This document shows, piece after piece, positions 34,560 through 46,513 of a stretch of DNA of 55,406 bases (positions are counted from its first letter, which is position 1; each line of letters begins with the position of its first letter). The stretch lies in NCBI RefSeq assembly GCF_001194135.2, contig NC_069003.1, positions 20,282,685-20,338,090 on the forward strand, written 5' to 3'. The DNA is from Octopus bimaculoides. Taxonomy: Eukaryota. The translations under genes and the position numbers were made by a program. Below the pieces are notes generated by a model. It saw only the letters and a list, made by a program, of their open reading frames with translations, was not told the origin of the DNA and made no database searches.

Positions 34560-36240
34560 AACGTGTTTGTGATTCTGTTTGAGTGTGCCATTCTTTTCCA
34601 TCTTGACCCAAATCGCTTAACTAAATCATCGTGGAGGTCTTCCAAGTGGCTTTCTCCAATCCCTTAGATACCACTTGGCAACTGCACAGGTCCACCTGTT
34701 GCCTGTGATTCGTGTGACATGTCTGGCCCAGTGTAACTTGTTCTTTCAGTAATCTGTGGTCACATCATTCACTCTACTATGCCCTTCCTAACGCCAACCA
34801 CTCAGAGAGTATAGTCGGTGCTTTTACATGTCACCAGCACGAAGGCCAGTCAGGTGGTACTGGCAACGGTCATGCTCAAAGTGGTGTATGTTATGTGCCA
34901 CCTGCACAAGAGCCAGTCCAGGGGCACTGGCAACGATCTCACTTGGTCTCACTTGGCTTGCCGGGTCTTCTCACGCACAGCACATTTCCAAAGGTCTCGG
35001 TCAATAGTCATCGNNNNNNNNNNNNNNNNNNNNNNNNNNNNNNNNNNNNNNNNNNNNNNNNNNNNNNNNNNNNNNNNNNNNNNNNNNNNNNNNNNNNNNN
35101 NNNNNNNNNNNNNNNNNNNNNNNNNNNNNNNNNNNNNNNNNNNNNNNNNNNNNNNNNNNNNNNNNNNNNNNNNNNNNNNNNNNNNNNNNNNNNNNNNNNN
35201 NNNNNNNNNNNNNNNNNNNNNNNNNNNNNNNNNNNNNNNNNNNNNNNNNNNNNNNNNNNNNNNNNNNNNNNNNNNNNNNNNNNNNNNNNNNNNNNNNNNN
35301 NNNNNNNNNNNNNNNNNNNNNNNNNNNNNNNNNNNNNNNNNNNNNNNNNNNNNNNNNNNNNNNNNNNNNNNNNNNNNNNNNNNNNNNNNNNNNNNNNNNN
35401 NNNNNNNNNNNNNNNNNNNNNNNNNNNNNNNNNNNNNNNNNNNNNNNNNNNNNNNNNNNNNNNNNNNNNNNNNNATGGCTGTTCGCACACATGCGTCATA
35501 CAGTCTGCCTTTTACTCTGAGTGAGAGTCCCTTTGTCGCCAGCAGAGGTAAGAGCTCTCTAAACTTTGCCCAGGCTATTCTTATTCTAGCAGCTACACTT
35601 TCAGCGCACCCACCCCCACTACTAACTTGGTCACCCAGATAGCGGAAGCTATCAACTACCTCTAGTTTTTCTCCCTGGAATGAGATAGAAGTTGTTTCCT
35701 GTTTGTTTACAGTGTTTATTGCACCTGAACATTTGCCACACGCTTTCATAATAATATTTTTGGCGTGGCTTTTTCCATGGCCTTTTGCATTGTAGCCAAT
35801 TTATGTTCTATCCCTTTCGTAGTAGCCCACATTTCACTTGTGTATAACAGCATATATTGGATGGTGCTATTGAAGAGTCTGGCGCATATGGTATTGTGTA
35901 GTTTTGTTTGGAACACATTCTTTGTTGAGTTAAATGCCTGCCATCCTGACATTATTCTTTTTGAGATTGCAGCATCCATATCTCAGTGCATATTCACTGT
36001 ATGCCTTAAGCAGACATACTCCTTTACCTCCTCAATTTTGTCACTTCCCATCTGTTTTGATCTTGTTCTTTATCTTCCAACTACATACATTTTCTTGACA
36101 GGTGGTCCATTCTAAGACCTACAGCTAAGCTCTGTCAGCATGGGCTGCAGCTGGTCTGTGGTTTCAGCAATGAGTACAATGTCATCTGTGAATTGAAAGC
36201 GTGTTAGTTGTTCGCCATGGATGTTCATGTCACCTGTCCA
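34560..36240 (-). mobile_element. Older RTE-1-like LINE, split by a younger RTE insertion at about 34780-35755
   Basis: Right part: GEQLTRFQFTDDIVLIA and AAISKRIMSGWQAF..LLYTSEMWATTK. Left part: KNKLHWARHVTRITGNRWTCAVAKWYLRDWRKPLGRPP. Confidence 0.75.
34780..35755 (-). mobile_element. Younger 5'-truncated RTE/RTEX-type LINE (spans a gap)
   Basis: EKLEVVDSFRYLGDQVSSGGGCAESVAARIRIAWAKFRELLPLLATKGLSLRVKGRLYDACVRTA ..gap.. MTIDRDLWKCAVREKTRQAK*, followed directly by the shared tail; same family as 25130-27612. Confidence 0.9.
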
Positions 36241-36429
36241 TTCATGTCTAGACATGCATTAAAGAGCTTTGGAGATGCAAACTTTGGATGCACATCAGAT
36301 ATAGCTCTGCTATCACTACCAATAAGGGTTCCAATTGCCCAGTCGACGTCCTTATATTTGGCACATAAAAAGCACCATTTGAGTGTGATCGTTACCAGTG
36401 TCGCCTTACTGGCACTTGTGCATTCCTAA

Positions 36430-37050
36430 CACACACAACTCCACGCACACACATATACACTCACACACACACATATATACTCACACACACATACACACAC
36501 ACACACACATAAATGAATCTACACATACCTCCTACATACACACAACGCACATACATACATGCACACAATTATACATACATGGACATACACACATGCACAT
36601 ACATACACACACACACAGAGTAACACACATTTACTACACAGACACAACACACACATCCCCATACACACACACTCATACACACATGCACACACACGCACAA
36701 ACAGACACACACATGCACACACAGACACAGGTACACACTGCACACAAAACACACACGCACGCACACAAACAATATATACATAGACGCGCACACACATACT
36801 TCAAACAACCAGTTAAACACCTTTCTACTGACCATTCTCCTTCGGACATGTGAAGGGTCATACTACACAAAACACAGAGACTCCTACTATAAATTCTTCC
36901 TACAACATTAAGCAACACAAAGTCCACTCACACATATACATATAAACAGCCAAAACCACACAGACACACGCACGGCACATACATACATGCTATTACATAC
37001 ACACACACCTGCGCGCAGGCACATACCTACTCATACACACACATACCTCC
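36430..37050. repeat. Degenerate (CA)n/(CATA)n low-complexity tract
   Basis: Directly visible; source of the HTHT/CVCV ORFs. Confidence 0.9.
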
Positions 37051-37167
37051 TCTTACACTCTCCTGTTTTAGAAAGACCTTTTTCTTCACCCATTCCCTTC
37101 CAGTCATTTTACAATCTAACGACATGTGAATCATTGACGATTTTCTTCCTCCATCTTCCCTTCCTTT

Positions 37168-37215
37168 GGATTTATTATATTTCTGAAGAAGAGCTTTGCT
37201 CGAAATGTTAAATCC
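37168..37215 (+). ncRNA. Penelope-type minimal hammerhead ribozyme-like motif (one core mismatch)
   Basis: attt-CTGAAGA-a-GAGC-ttt-GCTC-GAAA-t-GTT-aaat: core boxes CUGANGA and GAAA, 4-bp stem II, stem I attt/aaat (alternatively ggattt/aaatcc). T replaces the usual C after GAAA. Confidence 0.6.
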
Positions 37216-37951
37216 TCTTTATTTCTTCTCCTGAGCGTCTGTTAATATTTACTTGTGTCACGTCCTTGCGTTGTTGTTTTTGCATGTTCGTCTCTGTTTG
37301 GATTGAATATATATATATATATATATATANNNNNNNNNNNNNNNNNNNNNNNNNNNNNNNNNNNNNNNNNNNNNNNNNNNNNNNNNNNNNNNNNNNNNNN
37401 NNNNNNNNNNNNNNNNNNNNNNNNNNNNNNNNNNNNNNNNNNNNNNNNNNNNNNNNNNNNNNNNNNNNNNNNNNNNNNNNNNNNNNNNNNNNNNNNNNNN
37501 NNNNNNNNNNNNNNNNNNNNNNNNNNNNNNNNNNNNNNNNNNNNNNNNNNNNNNNNNNNNNNNNNNNNNNNNNNNNNNNNNNNNNNNNNNNNNNNNNNNN
37601 NNNNNNNNNNNNNNNNNNNNNNNNNNNNNNNNNNNNNNNNNNNNNNNNNNNNNNNNNNNNNNNNNNNNNNNNNNNNNNNNNNNNNNNNNNNNNNNNNNNN
37701 NNNNNNNNNNNNNNNNNNNNNNNNNNNNNNNNNNNNNNNNNNNNNNNNNNNNNNNNNNNNNNNNNNNNNNNNNNNNNNNNNNNNNNNNNNNNNNNNNNNN
37801 NNNNNNNNNNNNNNNNNNNNNNNNNNNNNNNNNNNNNNNNNNNNNNNNNNNNNNNNNNNNNNNNNNNNNNNNNNNNNNNNNNNNNNNNNNNNNNNNNNNN
37901 NNNNNNNNNNNNNNNNNNNNNNNNNNNNNNNNNNNNNNNNNNNNNNTGATA

Positions 37952-38023
<72 letters not shown>

Positions 38024-38351
38024 TTCAAATGTTTTAGACAAAGGGAAGGGTAAGATTAATTTCCCATAGCGTATTGAAACATATTCCTGTGTATTACCAA
38101 ATTTTCCTATCTTCCAATAATACAAAACTAAAGTTATTTCCCTTGGCTAAGTTACTTCCCTTGCTTCATTATTTAGCCAAACTGGAGAGAGCCATTAGTT
38201 GGTCTCCTTATCTGTTAGAAATAGCAGCTAAATATTCCTCAAATCACTGTGCTTTAGGAAAAATATACAAAAGTCAGTTTTGCTATAGCTAGAATGGCTT
38301 TGATCATTGGTTTTCTCGTTAAGGTCTGATCAGATAGAAAAGTAGCAACAC

Positions 38352-38620
38352 AGGCATGACTGTGTGGGTAAGAAGATCGCTTTGCAGCTTTCTGTTTTCA
38401 GGTTCAATTCTACTGCAAGTCACCTTGGACTAATGTCTTCTACTATAACTGTGGGCTGACCAACGCCTTGTGAATAAATTTGGTAGATGGGAATGGTGTG
38501 GAAGCCTGTCATGTGATGTAGATGTGTGTGTGTCTTTGTGTTTGTTTCCCACCAACTGCTTGATAACTGCTGTTGGTTTGTTTACATCCCCTAAGCTAGT
38601 GGTCTGGTGAAGTGACTAAT
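38352..38620 (+). mobile_element. Family A composite SINE, diverged
   Basis: ggcatgactgtgtgggtaagaag..ggttcaattc..caccttggactaatgtcttctactata followed by part of the 3' module. Confidence 0.7.
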
Positions 38621-38989
38621 AGAAAAAGAAATAGTAGTGTGGTCCTTCTGACGATCAACCATGCCTCATATGGTCCACAAAGATTGGACTTCAAAAATTG
38701 TTTTGTCCATTGTCTTCACATATTGGAGTGCTAAATGTTTTCTACTAATGACATTTCTCTTAAAATTTAATTAATTACATAATTTTGAATAAGACTCAGT
38801 TGAAGGTTGGCAGTGATAGCGATTCTACTTCAGAGCTAGACTTCTGTTTTTTACTTTCTTTTTATTTTTTACCCAACATCATTATACACATGGCTTTATA
38901 TATANNNNNNNNNNNNNNNNNNNNNNNNNNNNNNNNNNNNNNNNNNNNNNNNNNNNNNNNNNNNNNNNNNNNNNNNNNNNNNNNNNNNN

Positions 38990-39024
<35 letters not shown>

Positions 39025-39028
<4 letters not shown>

Positions 39029-39204
39029 AGTTTGCAGCCCAGCCACATGGTTTTCGGTTCAGTCTTACAGCACAGCACCCTTAGGCAAGTGTCTTCTGCT
39101 ATAGCCCTGAACTGACCGAAGCCTTGTGAGTGCGTTTGGTAGATGGAAACTGAAAGAAGCCCATTGTGTACACACACATATCATAATCATTGTCACTGAA
39201 AATC

Positions 39205-39239
<35 letters not shown>

Positions 39240-39425
39240 ATATATAAATATGTGTGTGTGAGTGGTTGTGTTTATGTTTGTCCACCACTGCTTGACAACT
39301 GGTGTTGGTTTGTTTGTTTCCATAATTTAGCAGTTTGGCAAAGAATAACAGAAACAATAAATACCAGGCTTAAAAAATATGTACTGGAGTTGATTTGTTT
39401 GATTGAACTTTTCAAGGCATGGCAA
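39025..39425 (+). mobile_element. Family A composite SINE with a (GAT)n expansion in the linker
   Basis: ccacatggttttcggttcagtc..ccttaggcaagtgtcttc..aactgaaagaagccc, linker, then ccaccactgcttgacaactggtgttgg..ataccaggct. Confidence 0.8.
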
Positions 39426-40762
39426 TTGTCCAATTATGGAAGCAAAAGTTACATGCGTGCATACATACATACATACATACATACATACATACATACATGC
39501 ACACACAGACATTGGAAATAATGTACATTCTGACTCATCTGGCTGCTTATCTCACCGTTCTCTAATTTCTGTTTTTTGTATAAGTTTTGCTGCTTACAAC
39601 TTGTCAGTTGAGGTGTAAAAATTTAATAATGTTTCTCTCTTGCTCTCAACTTTCTTGTCAACACCTTACACCCTCCCTCCTTTATTACACTTTGTTTTTA
39701 TGTTGCTTGTCAACAGTCTTACTAAAACCTATCAGCAACTTCCTTCTCCCACATTGTTTATATATTCATCAATTCAAATAACCTTGTTTTTGGAAAGCGT
39801 TTAAAATTCTTGTCAACATCTATTTGCTTTCTCCTCATCCTTTTTCTTCTTTGTGCACCAATTCAAGTGATCCAAGTTTTGCTATGTGCTTTAATGATAC
39901 AGAATTTTTCTCTCATTGCATGATTTCCACCCTGCCTTCATCCCTTTAACTTTCTCATTTTCATTCTTGCGTCTGACATAATAACAACACCATTACTGTT
40001 TGCCATCACAAAGTGGAGTAGGTTCTTTTTGTCTCTCATCCCTGAGATTTAACTACAAATCCATACACTATAATTCATTAATCTTATTCAAGATGAGTGA
40101 AAAGAAGTCAACAAGTAGAAGTGACGGCAGTAATGTGTAAAGAAATTGTAAAAGGATTAGAGAGAAAAGCTCAGCCTTATTGGAAGACCATTAAAGCTTG
40201 TGATGTGTACAGTAAGAATAATACATAACATCATATAATAAATTTATATCAAGTGCTCAAGCATCTATCCTGTTAAATGCCTGCATATAATTTTTTGATG
40301 TTTAATATGAAATGTCTTCTCTGGGTGTAGATCATTGATTAAACTGGATGTGATATGGATATACATGATGATCATTCAAGCAATAAGTAAAAGTTTGTTT
40401 GAAGATTTGTAAAAAAAGCAAAGTGAAATTTCTGATATAAAAGCCTTTCTGGCCAGTAGAGGCTGGTTTGAAAGGTTTTAAAGTTTTAATTTTTACAGTT
40501 GTGTTTGGGACTAAAAGACATCAGTTGTGGCAGTGGGTAAAATCCATCTGGTTTCTAGAGATGGGTAGTATTTTCCCCAGACATAAGCAGCATTTCTTGC
40601 TTTTATTGCTGTTGTGTAGCTGTATGTGTAAAATGTTTAGAACATTTGGCACTATGGGATTCAGTTGTTTCAAGACAGGGGCCATCAAAGGAAATTGTTT
40701 TCACAAAGTAAAACTGCTTGTGGAGCCCCTATGAGAAAAGGCTTCTCAAATTCCAAGGGGAC

Positions 40763-41174
40763 TACTCTTTACTCTTTTACTCTTTTACTTGTTTCAGTCA
40801 TTTGACTGTGGCAATGCTAGAGCACTGCCTTTAGTCGAGCAAATCGACCCCAGGACTTATTTTTTGGAAGCCTAGTACTTATTCTATCGGTGTCTTTTGC
40901 CGAACTGCTAAGTTACGGTGACGTAAACACACCAGCATCGGTTGTCAAGCGATGTTGGGGGGACAAACACAGACACACAAACATATACACACACACATAT
41001 ATATACATATATACGATGGGCTTCTTTCAGTTTTCTGTTCACCAAATCCACTCAAAGGCTTTAGTCGGCCCAAGACTATAGTAGAAAACACTTGCCCAAG
41101 GTGCCACGCAGTGGGAATGAATCCAGAACCATGTGGTTGGTGAGCAAGCTACTTACCACACAGCCACTCCTGCG
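40763..41174 (-). mobile_element. Full-length, relatively young family A composite SINE
   Basis: Complete head, linker and 3' module, with a (gtaaaaga)n-like tail at 40763-40790; many CpGs retained. Confidence 0.9.
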
Positions 41175-41759
41175 ACTATGATATATTTTTTTTTTAAGGG
41201 AGGGCCTATGAAATATTTACAAATCTTTCTTTGGTTCTTTGAGATGCAAACTGATGATTCAGATGAACATCCCAACCGTTAAAGGCTTTGTGGAATGACA
41301 TACTTAAAGGGATGGTTTTCATTACTTGTTCAACTGTTTGAGATGGATCTTCACAAAAGCACAATCACTGACTGCACCAACTTGTTGGTTGACTTAAAGT
41401 AGCTTAAAAGGCTTCAGCAGACAGGTTGGGAGAAGGCATTGTACAGTATGTGGATGAGTGGGACTTAACTAATAAGACAGTGGTCAAACAATGTAACAAA
41501 TGTGGAGATGGTTTTGCAGAGGCTGGGGTTGAAAATGAAAAAAAAAAAACACGAAAATGTTTGCAACTTGTATGTACATTAACACGGTACTCACATTTGT
41601 TGTAAGTATTTGGACCAAGTTCCTCACAAGATATTCTTGTTGACATAATCTCAAGACACCCTGGTAACACACCTTCACTCTGTCAAATGATTCAACCATA
41701 AAATAACCTTAACCTTCTCAATTATTCTCTTTCCTCTGCTTAAAAATCTATGAGCACCA

Positions 41760-42450
41760 GCTCAACCTAGATTCTTCCTCACACATATCACCACCTCCTA
41801 GTACATAAACCACATGCCTTGTTCCTCCCAAAGGACACCAATCTTAACTTATCTATATGCTGTACATGCAACACTTGATGCAAATCTTCACTTTGAAAAG
41901 TGGTATCTGTATATATGCCAATTCCACTCTACCCACTGTTCACTTCATACTTACCTGAATACTAGCAACAAGGAATTCCAACTACTCTGGCTCAAGATCT
42001 CTGAGCTCTCTCCTCCAACTCTTCTAAATATATCTGCATCCACTTCTGTTCTCTGAAGTCTTCCAACCATCAACAACCTTTCGACTTCATCTTTTCATGC
42101 ATCCAGTACACATCTCTCTCTATCTCTCTCTCTCTCTCCACCTGAAGACATCATCCTCAGTTAACTTCAGTACTCACAACTCTTCTTGTACTCTTGTACT
42201 CATCCCCACACTGATGCTTCCAAGGAAGAACCAGGCTTTAATTCTTTACAATGATTACTTTTAGATCTTACACACATCTATCAGACCAACACAGACACTT
42301 TAATCTAAGCATACTTGATCTCTTTCCCAAACCTGATTTCTAGTGAACCACTGCTGTCTATACCTCTATCAGATCATCCGACCAATGCCTTATCTCAACT
42401 CCCCACCTTGCTTGCCTATATCCTGTAGCACCCGTCACCCCTTGGACCCT
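41760..42450 (+). mobile_element. Possible old LINE (L2/CR1-like) endonuclease-region remnant
   Basis: C/T-rich degenerate sequence with a ctatcagatcat (LSDH) motif and acagacactttaatctaagcatacttgatctc (LD-like) segment; heavily decayed. Confidence 0.35.
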
Positions 42451-42559
42451 ATGGTACTTCAAGATTGATAGTATCTCTGCCAGTTGTATGCTAACAATGC
42501 CCAGGAACACGTGAGCTTCACCTATGAACCATCAGAAGCAGTTAACCCTTTTCCTCTCC

Positions 42560-42718
42560 TGTGCCTCACATGTGGAAGATGGTTGGTATTAAGAAGGGCA
42601 TCCAAACATAATAAAAACCACACTAAAACAGACAGTGAAGCCTGGTGCTGGCTCCTGCCTAGCCAGCTTGTCAGACCATCCAACCCATGTCAGCATGGGA
42701 AACAGACGTTAAACAATA

Positions 42719-42762
<44 letters not shown>
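42560..42762 (+). mobile_element. RTE-type 3'-tail element ending in (GAT)n
   Basis: tggttggtattaagaagggcatcc..ccatccaacccatgtcagcatgggaaacagacgttaaacaataat(gat)n. Confidence 0.75.
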
Positions 42763-42765
<3 letters not shown>

Positions 42766-44069
42766 AACATTGCCAATTTTTTACAACCCCCCGTGTGACT
42801 TGGGACCTATCTAAAGGTAAGTTTTATGTTACTCAGAATATATGAAAAAAAGGCTAACTAAAAGTCTGCAAAACAAGCACAAACATTTAGGAAACACTTA
42901 TGAAAATACTTTGGACAGGCAAAGAATAAAGCAACTGAATAAGGTTATCCTCTTCAATGTAACCACACACCTCACACAACTTATTATGCAATCGAAAGAT
43001 ACCTTATCTGAAGGTGTTATTCAGTATAAACTTGCCTGTAACAATACTGTATGATGAAAGTCAGCAAAACTTAACAATCCCCTTGAACGATTTCCTTTAT
43101 CATCAGGGTAGGAAGTGCTAAAGGCAAAAGTGATTTTTCTTTTATAATAGAATGATTCATTTAGTTCACTGTTGTTTGTTTCTTCGCTTCTGCTTTTTGG
43201 GTCAGTCAGTCAGTTTCTACTATAATTTAAAATTTCTTCGTGTTGGTAACAAGGATTTTACTGCTTTGATCTACATAGTCGACAGTAAATGTTTTTGCGA
43301 TATTGACAACACAACCAAAGTTCATACCTCAACTCCCATCCCATTACTCAAGTTGTAACTGTGTTGCAGCAACGCGAATAAAGAAGACAGTATATAATAC
43401 TTGGTAAAAAAATTTTTTTAAATCAACCACTACGTCACAATAAACTGGATGGCTTTTATCCCCACCACAACATATACAAAGCCATATTTCAAAAATAATG
43501 GAGATGCCTCTGTGTGTCACATATTCCTCAAGCTCTCCTGTCTCCTAAAATGTTGCTCATTCTCTGTTGACTTCCCAGAATAATCCCTCCATCTATTTTT
43601 GAACTACAATGGCTTCATAAGAATATTCCTGCAGAGAACACCTCTGTATTTACTGTGTGCTTTGCATCCAGCTACCCACACAATATAAATATTTTCCTTT
43701 ATTTCACCAGTTTTATTGCTTCAAACTAGCAAAGCCACCAGCCATATCAATGTCCCTTATTCTACTTGCAATAAGTGCTTCCCAGAGCTCTCCCAACATT
43801 TAAAAATGCTTCAACACCCCTCTCTCTCTCTCACGCATGCGCACACACGCACACACACACACACATACACACACACACACACACATGCACACACACACAC
43901 ACACACAGAGTCTTCTCCTATTTCTATGGACTATCATTTTACTCCTTTTATGAAAACATGCTATAGTGAAGTCATGGGTAAACTGTGGCCCATGGACTGC
44001 AGGACTTGCCAACAAAAAATTATTTTGAATCTTATAAGTAGTGTGCCCTGCCTGAAAATGAATCATTTC

Positions 44070-44225
44070 TGATGCAGCTGCTTCTCAAAAAAGACTTTCC
44101 ATGCCTATAGTGAGTCCCATTTCCAATGGGAGACAATTTCTCTTACCCTGCCAGCTATGGACTATGGCTCTCATTACAAACATTTCAAAGGTGATAGAAA
44201 CAATCTTCATTAAACATTTCACTGT
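44070..44225 (+). mobile_element. CR1/L2-group LINE RT N-terminal scrap
   Basis: Frameshifted GDNFSYPASY..LITNISKVIETI resembles KGDxxxPxNYRPIALTSxISKVMETI. Confidence 0.5.
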
Positions 44226-44270
44226 ATCTGATGTGAAAATATTCTAGCTAAACACACAGCCACTCCTATA

Positions 44271-44432
44271 GGCACAGGAGTGGCTGTGTGGTAAGTAGCT
44301 TCCTTACCAACCACATGGTTCCTGTTTCAGTCCCAGTGCATGGCACCTTGGGCAAGTGTCTTCTACTATAGCCTCGGCCGACCAAAGCCTTGTGAGTGGA
44401 TTTGGTAGATGGAAACTGAAAGAAGCCTGTCG

Positions 44433-44491
<59 letters not shown>

Positions 44492-44683
44492 TTGTGTGTC
44501 TGTGTTTGTCCCCCCGCCATCGCTTGACAACCGATGCTGGTGTGTTTACGTCCCTGTAACTTAGCGGTTTGGCAAAAAAAGGCCGATAGAATAAGTACTA
44601 GGCTTACAAAGAATAAGTCCTGGAGTCGATTTTCTCGACTAAAGGTGACTAAAGTCAAATGACTGAAACAAGTAAGAGAGTAA
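44271..44683 (+). mobile_element. Family A composite SINE with (TG)n linker
   Basis: ggcacaggagtggctgtgtggtaagtagc..ggcaccttgggcaagtgtc..(tg)n..gactgaaacaagtaagagag. Confidence 0.9.
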
Positions 44684-45396
44684 ACTGCCTTCTTCTGGGC
44701 TCCACCTGTCTCTCATCTCTTGGGTTGATGGTTTTCTGTCAGATCACATTATTGCAGTGTAAGCTCATGGAGATCTCACTCATCTACACCTATCAACTCT
44801 GGTGTGCCCTAAGATTTGAGGCCCTGAGAGACCAAAACAATAAACACACATACACATATTTATATAAATGTAAGGATGAAATTTAATGTCAAGATGCATT
44901 GGAGAAATGAATGAATGGAGAAAAATATAAATTATTATGTCATTAAAATATAGAATATAAAACTTTTTACAGTTATTTGTGTAAATAAGTTTGTATTTGT
45001 AGATCTCCAGTCCATTCTGTAGATAGTTTCATTTCTGTGGCTACTATAGAGACAGAGTAATAAAGTTTAGGTAAGAAGAGGGGATGATAAATCTACTTTT
45101 GCCCATTGATCAACATACTGAGTGTTGCTCTTTGACCAGAGATGGTTTGACCCAAAGAGAAAGAAAGCGATTAGGCTTCATGCATTTATATTCTTCATAA
45201 CTAAATTAGATGAAGTGAAAACAAATGATTTCTCCTCTCTAATCAGCTTTGACCAAGGAATGCCTCAAGAAAGATCAAGAGGTCTGCTTATTTTCATAAA
45301 TTTCTTAGCACAACAGGCTAAAACAATGGGCCGATGACTTGTTGAAATATGTGGATTTGATTTTGAATCTTGGTTCAGAAATTTGGTAGCTGTTTG

Positions 45397-45445
<49 letters not shown>

Positions 45446-45519
45446 CACATTCACTCATAGATACATCTATACCTGACATACTTATATATCCATACATAAT
45501 ATATGTGTGTATGTGTGTG

Positions 45520-45553
<34 letters not shown>

Positions 45554-45692
45554 TGATGTATATACATAAAAAAAATGAAGAATTGATGAAACAGCTGTTG
45601 AGCACAATTAAAGCGTGAACTGTAAGTGCTTTTCTGCTTTTATTTCCTCTCTCTATATCCATCCATCCATCCAACTATCTATCTATCTACAG

Positions 45693-45973
45693 TAGCAGGT
45701 TCAACAGTTCCAATTGTAGCAGCAAATGAGACACGACCAGAACCAGTGGCAGCACCATCCCTAAAGGAAATAGCAGCAGAGCCATTGTCAATGATAACTA
45801 TAACAGCAGTGACAGCTCCTCCATCAACGATGATGACCATAACAACAACAGCACCATTACTAACACCAGTAGTGGCGGCACCAACACCATCGCCACCTCC
45901 AACAGTGCCAGTAGCAACAACAGTGGTAGCAGCAATGCCAACACTGGACCACAGAGATACATCAGTTGCTCTG
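45693..45973 (+). other. Thr/Pro/Ala/Val-rich open reading frame (mucin-like exon candidate or decayed triplet repeat)
   Basis: ctacag| acceptor and ctg|gtaaca donor bracket 93 open codons dominated by ACA/GCA/CCA/GTA; no homology recognised. Confidence 0.3.
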
Positions 45974-46319
45974 GTAACACATTCAAACAATGCCTCTCCA
46001 ACCACAGATACTCCTTCAGGATACTGGAAAGGAGACACATTACGTCACTATCAAGTCATGTATGGCAGCTGAAAGACGACAGGATTCCATACACAGTAGC
46101 ATGGAAAATATACACAAATACACCCTCCTGCCTGTCTACATCTGCAGATATATAAACGTATGAGACAAGTACAACAGGTAGAGTCTTGCATTCGTATATA
46201 TACAATCATCCGTACACCTTTATATATGCACGCACACATACATTAGGTATATACTACACGCGTATAAGTTACACAATTATAAAGGGTGAAAAATAATATA
46301 CAGAAAAAATATATAAAGT

Positions 46320-46478
46320 AGAGTGGCTGTGTGGTAAGTAGCTTGCTTACCAACCACATGGTCCCGGGTTCAGTCCCACTGCGTGGCACCTTGGGCAAGT
46401 GTCTTCTACTATAGCCTCGGGCCGACCAAAGCCTTGTGAGTGGATTTGGTAGACGGAAACTGAAAGAAGCCCGTCGTA

Positions 46479-46513
<35 letters not shown>

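Noticed and set aside
44146-44238. - strand exon candidate with a strong gtaaga donor
   Set aside because: It is the antisense of a LINE RT scrap, which shows how easily false exons arise here.
46320-46400. tRNA gene (also other SINE heads)
   Set aside because: Only A/B-box-like motifs continuing into SINE bodies; no complete cloverleaf identified.
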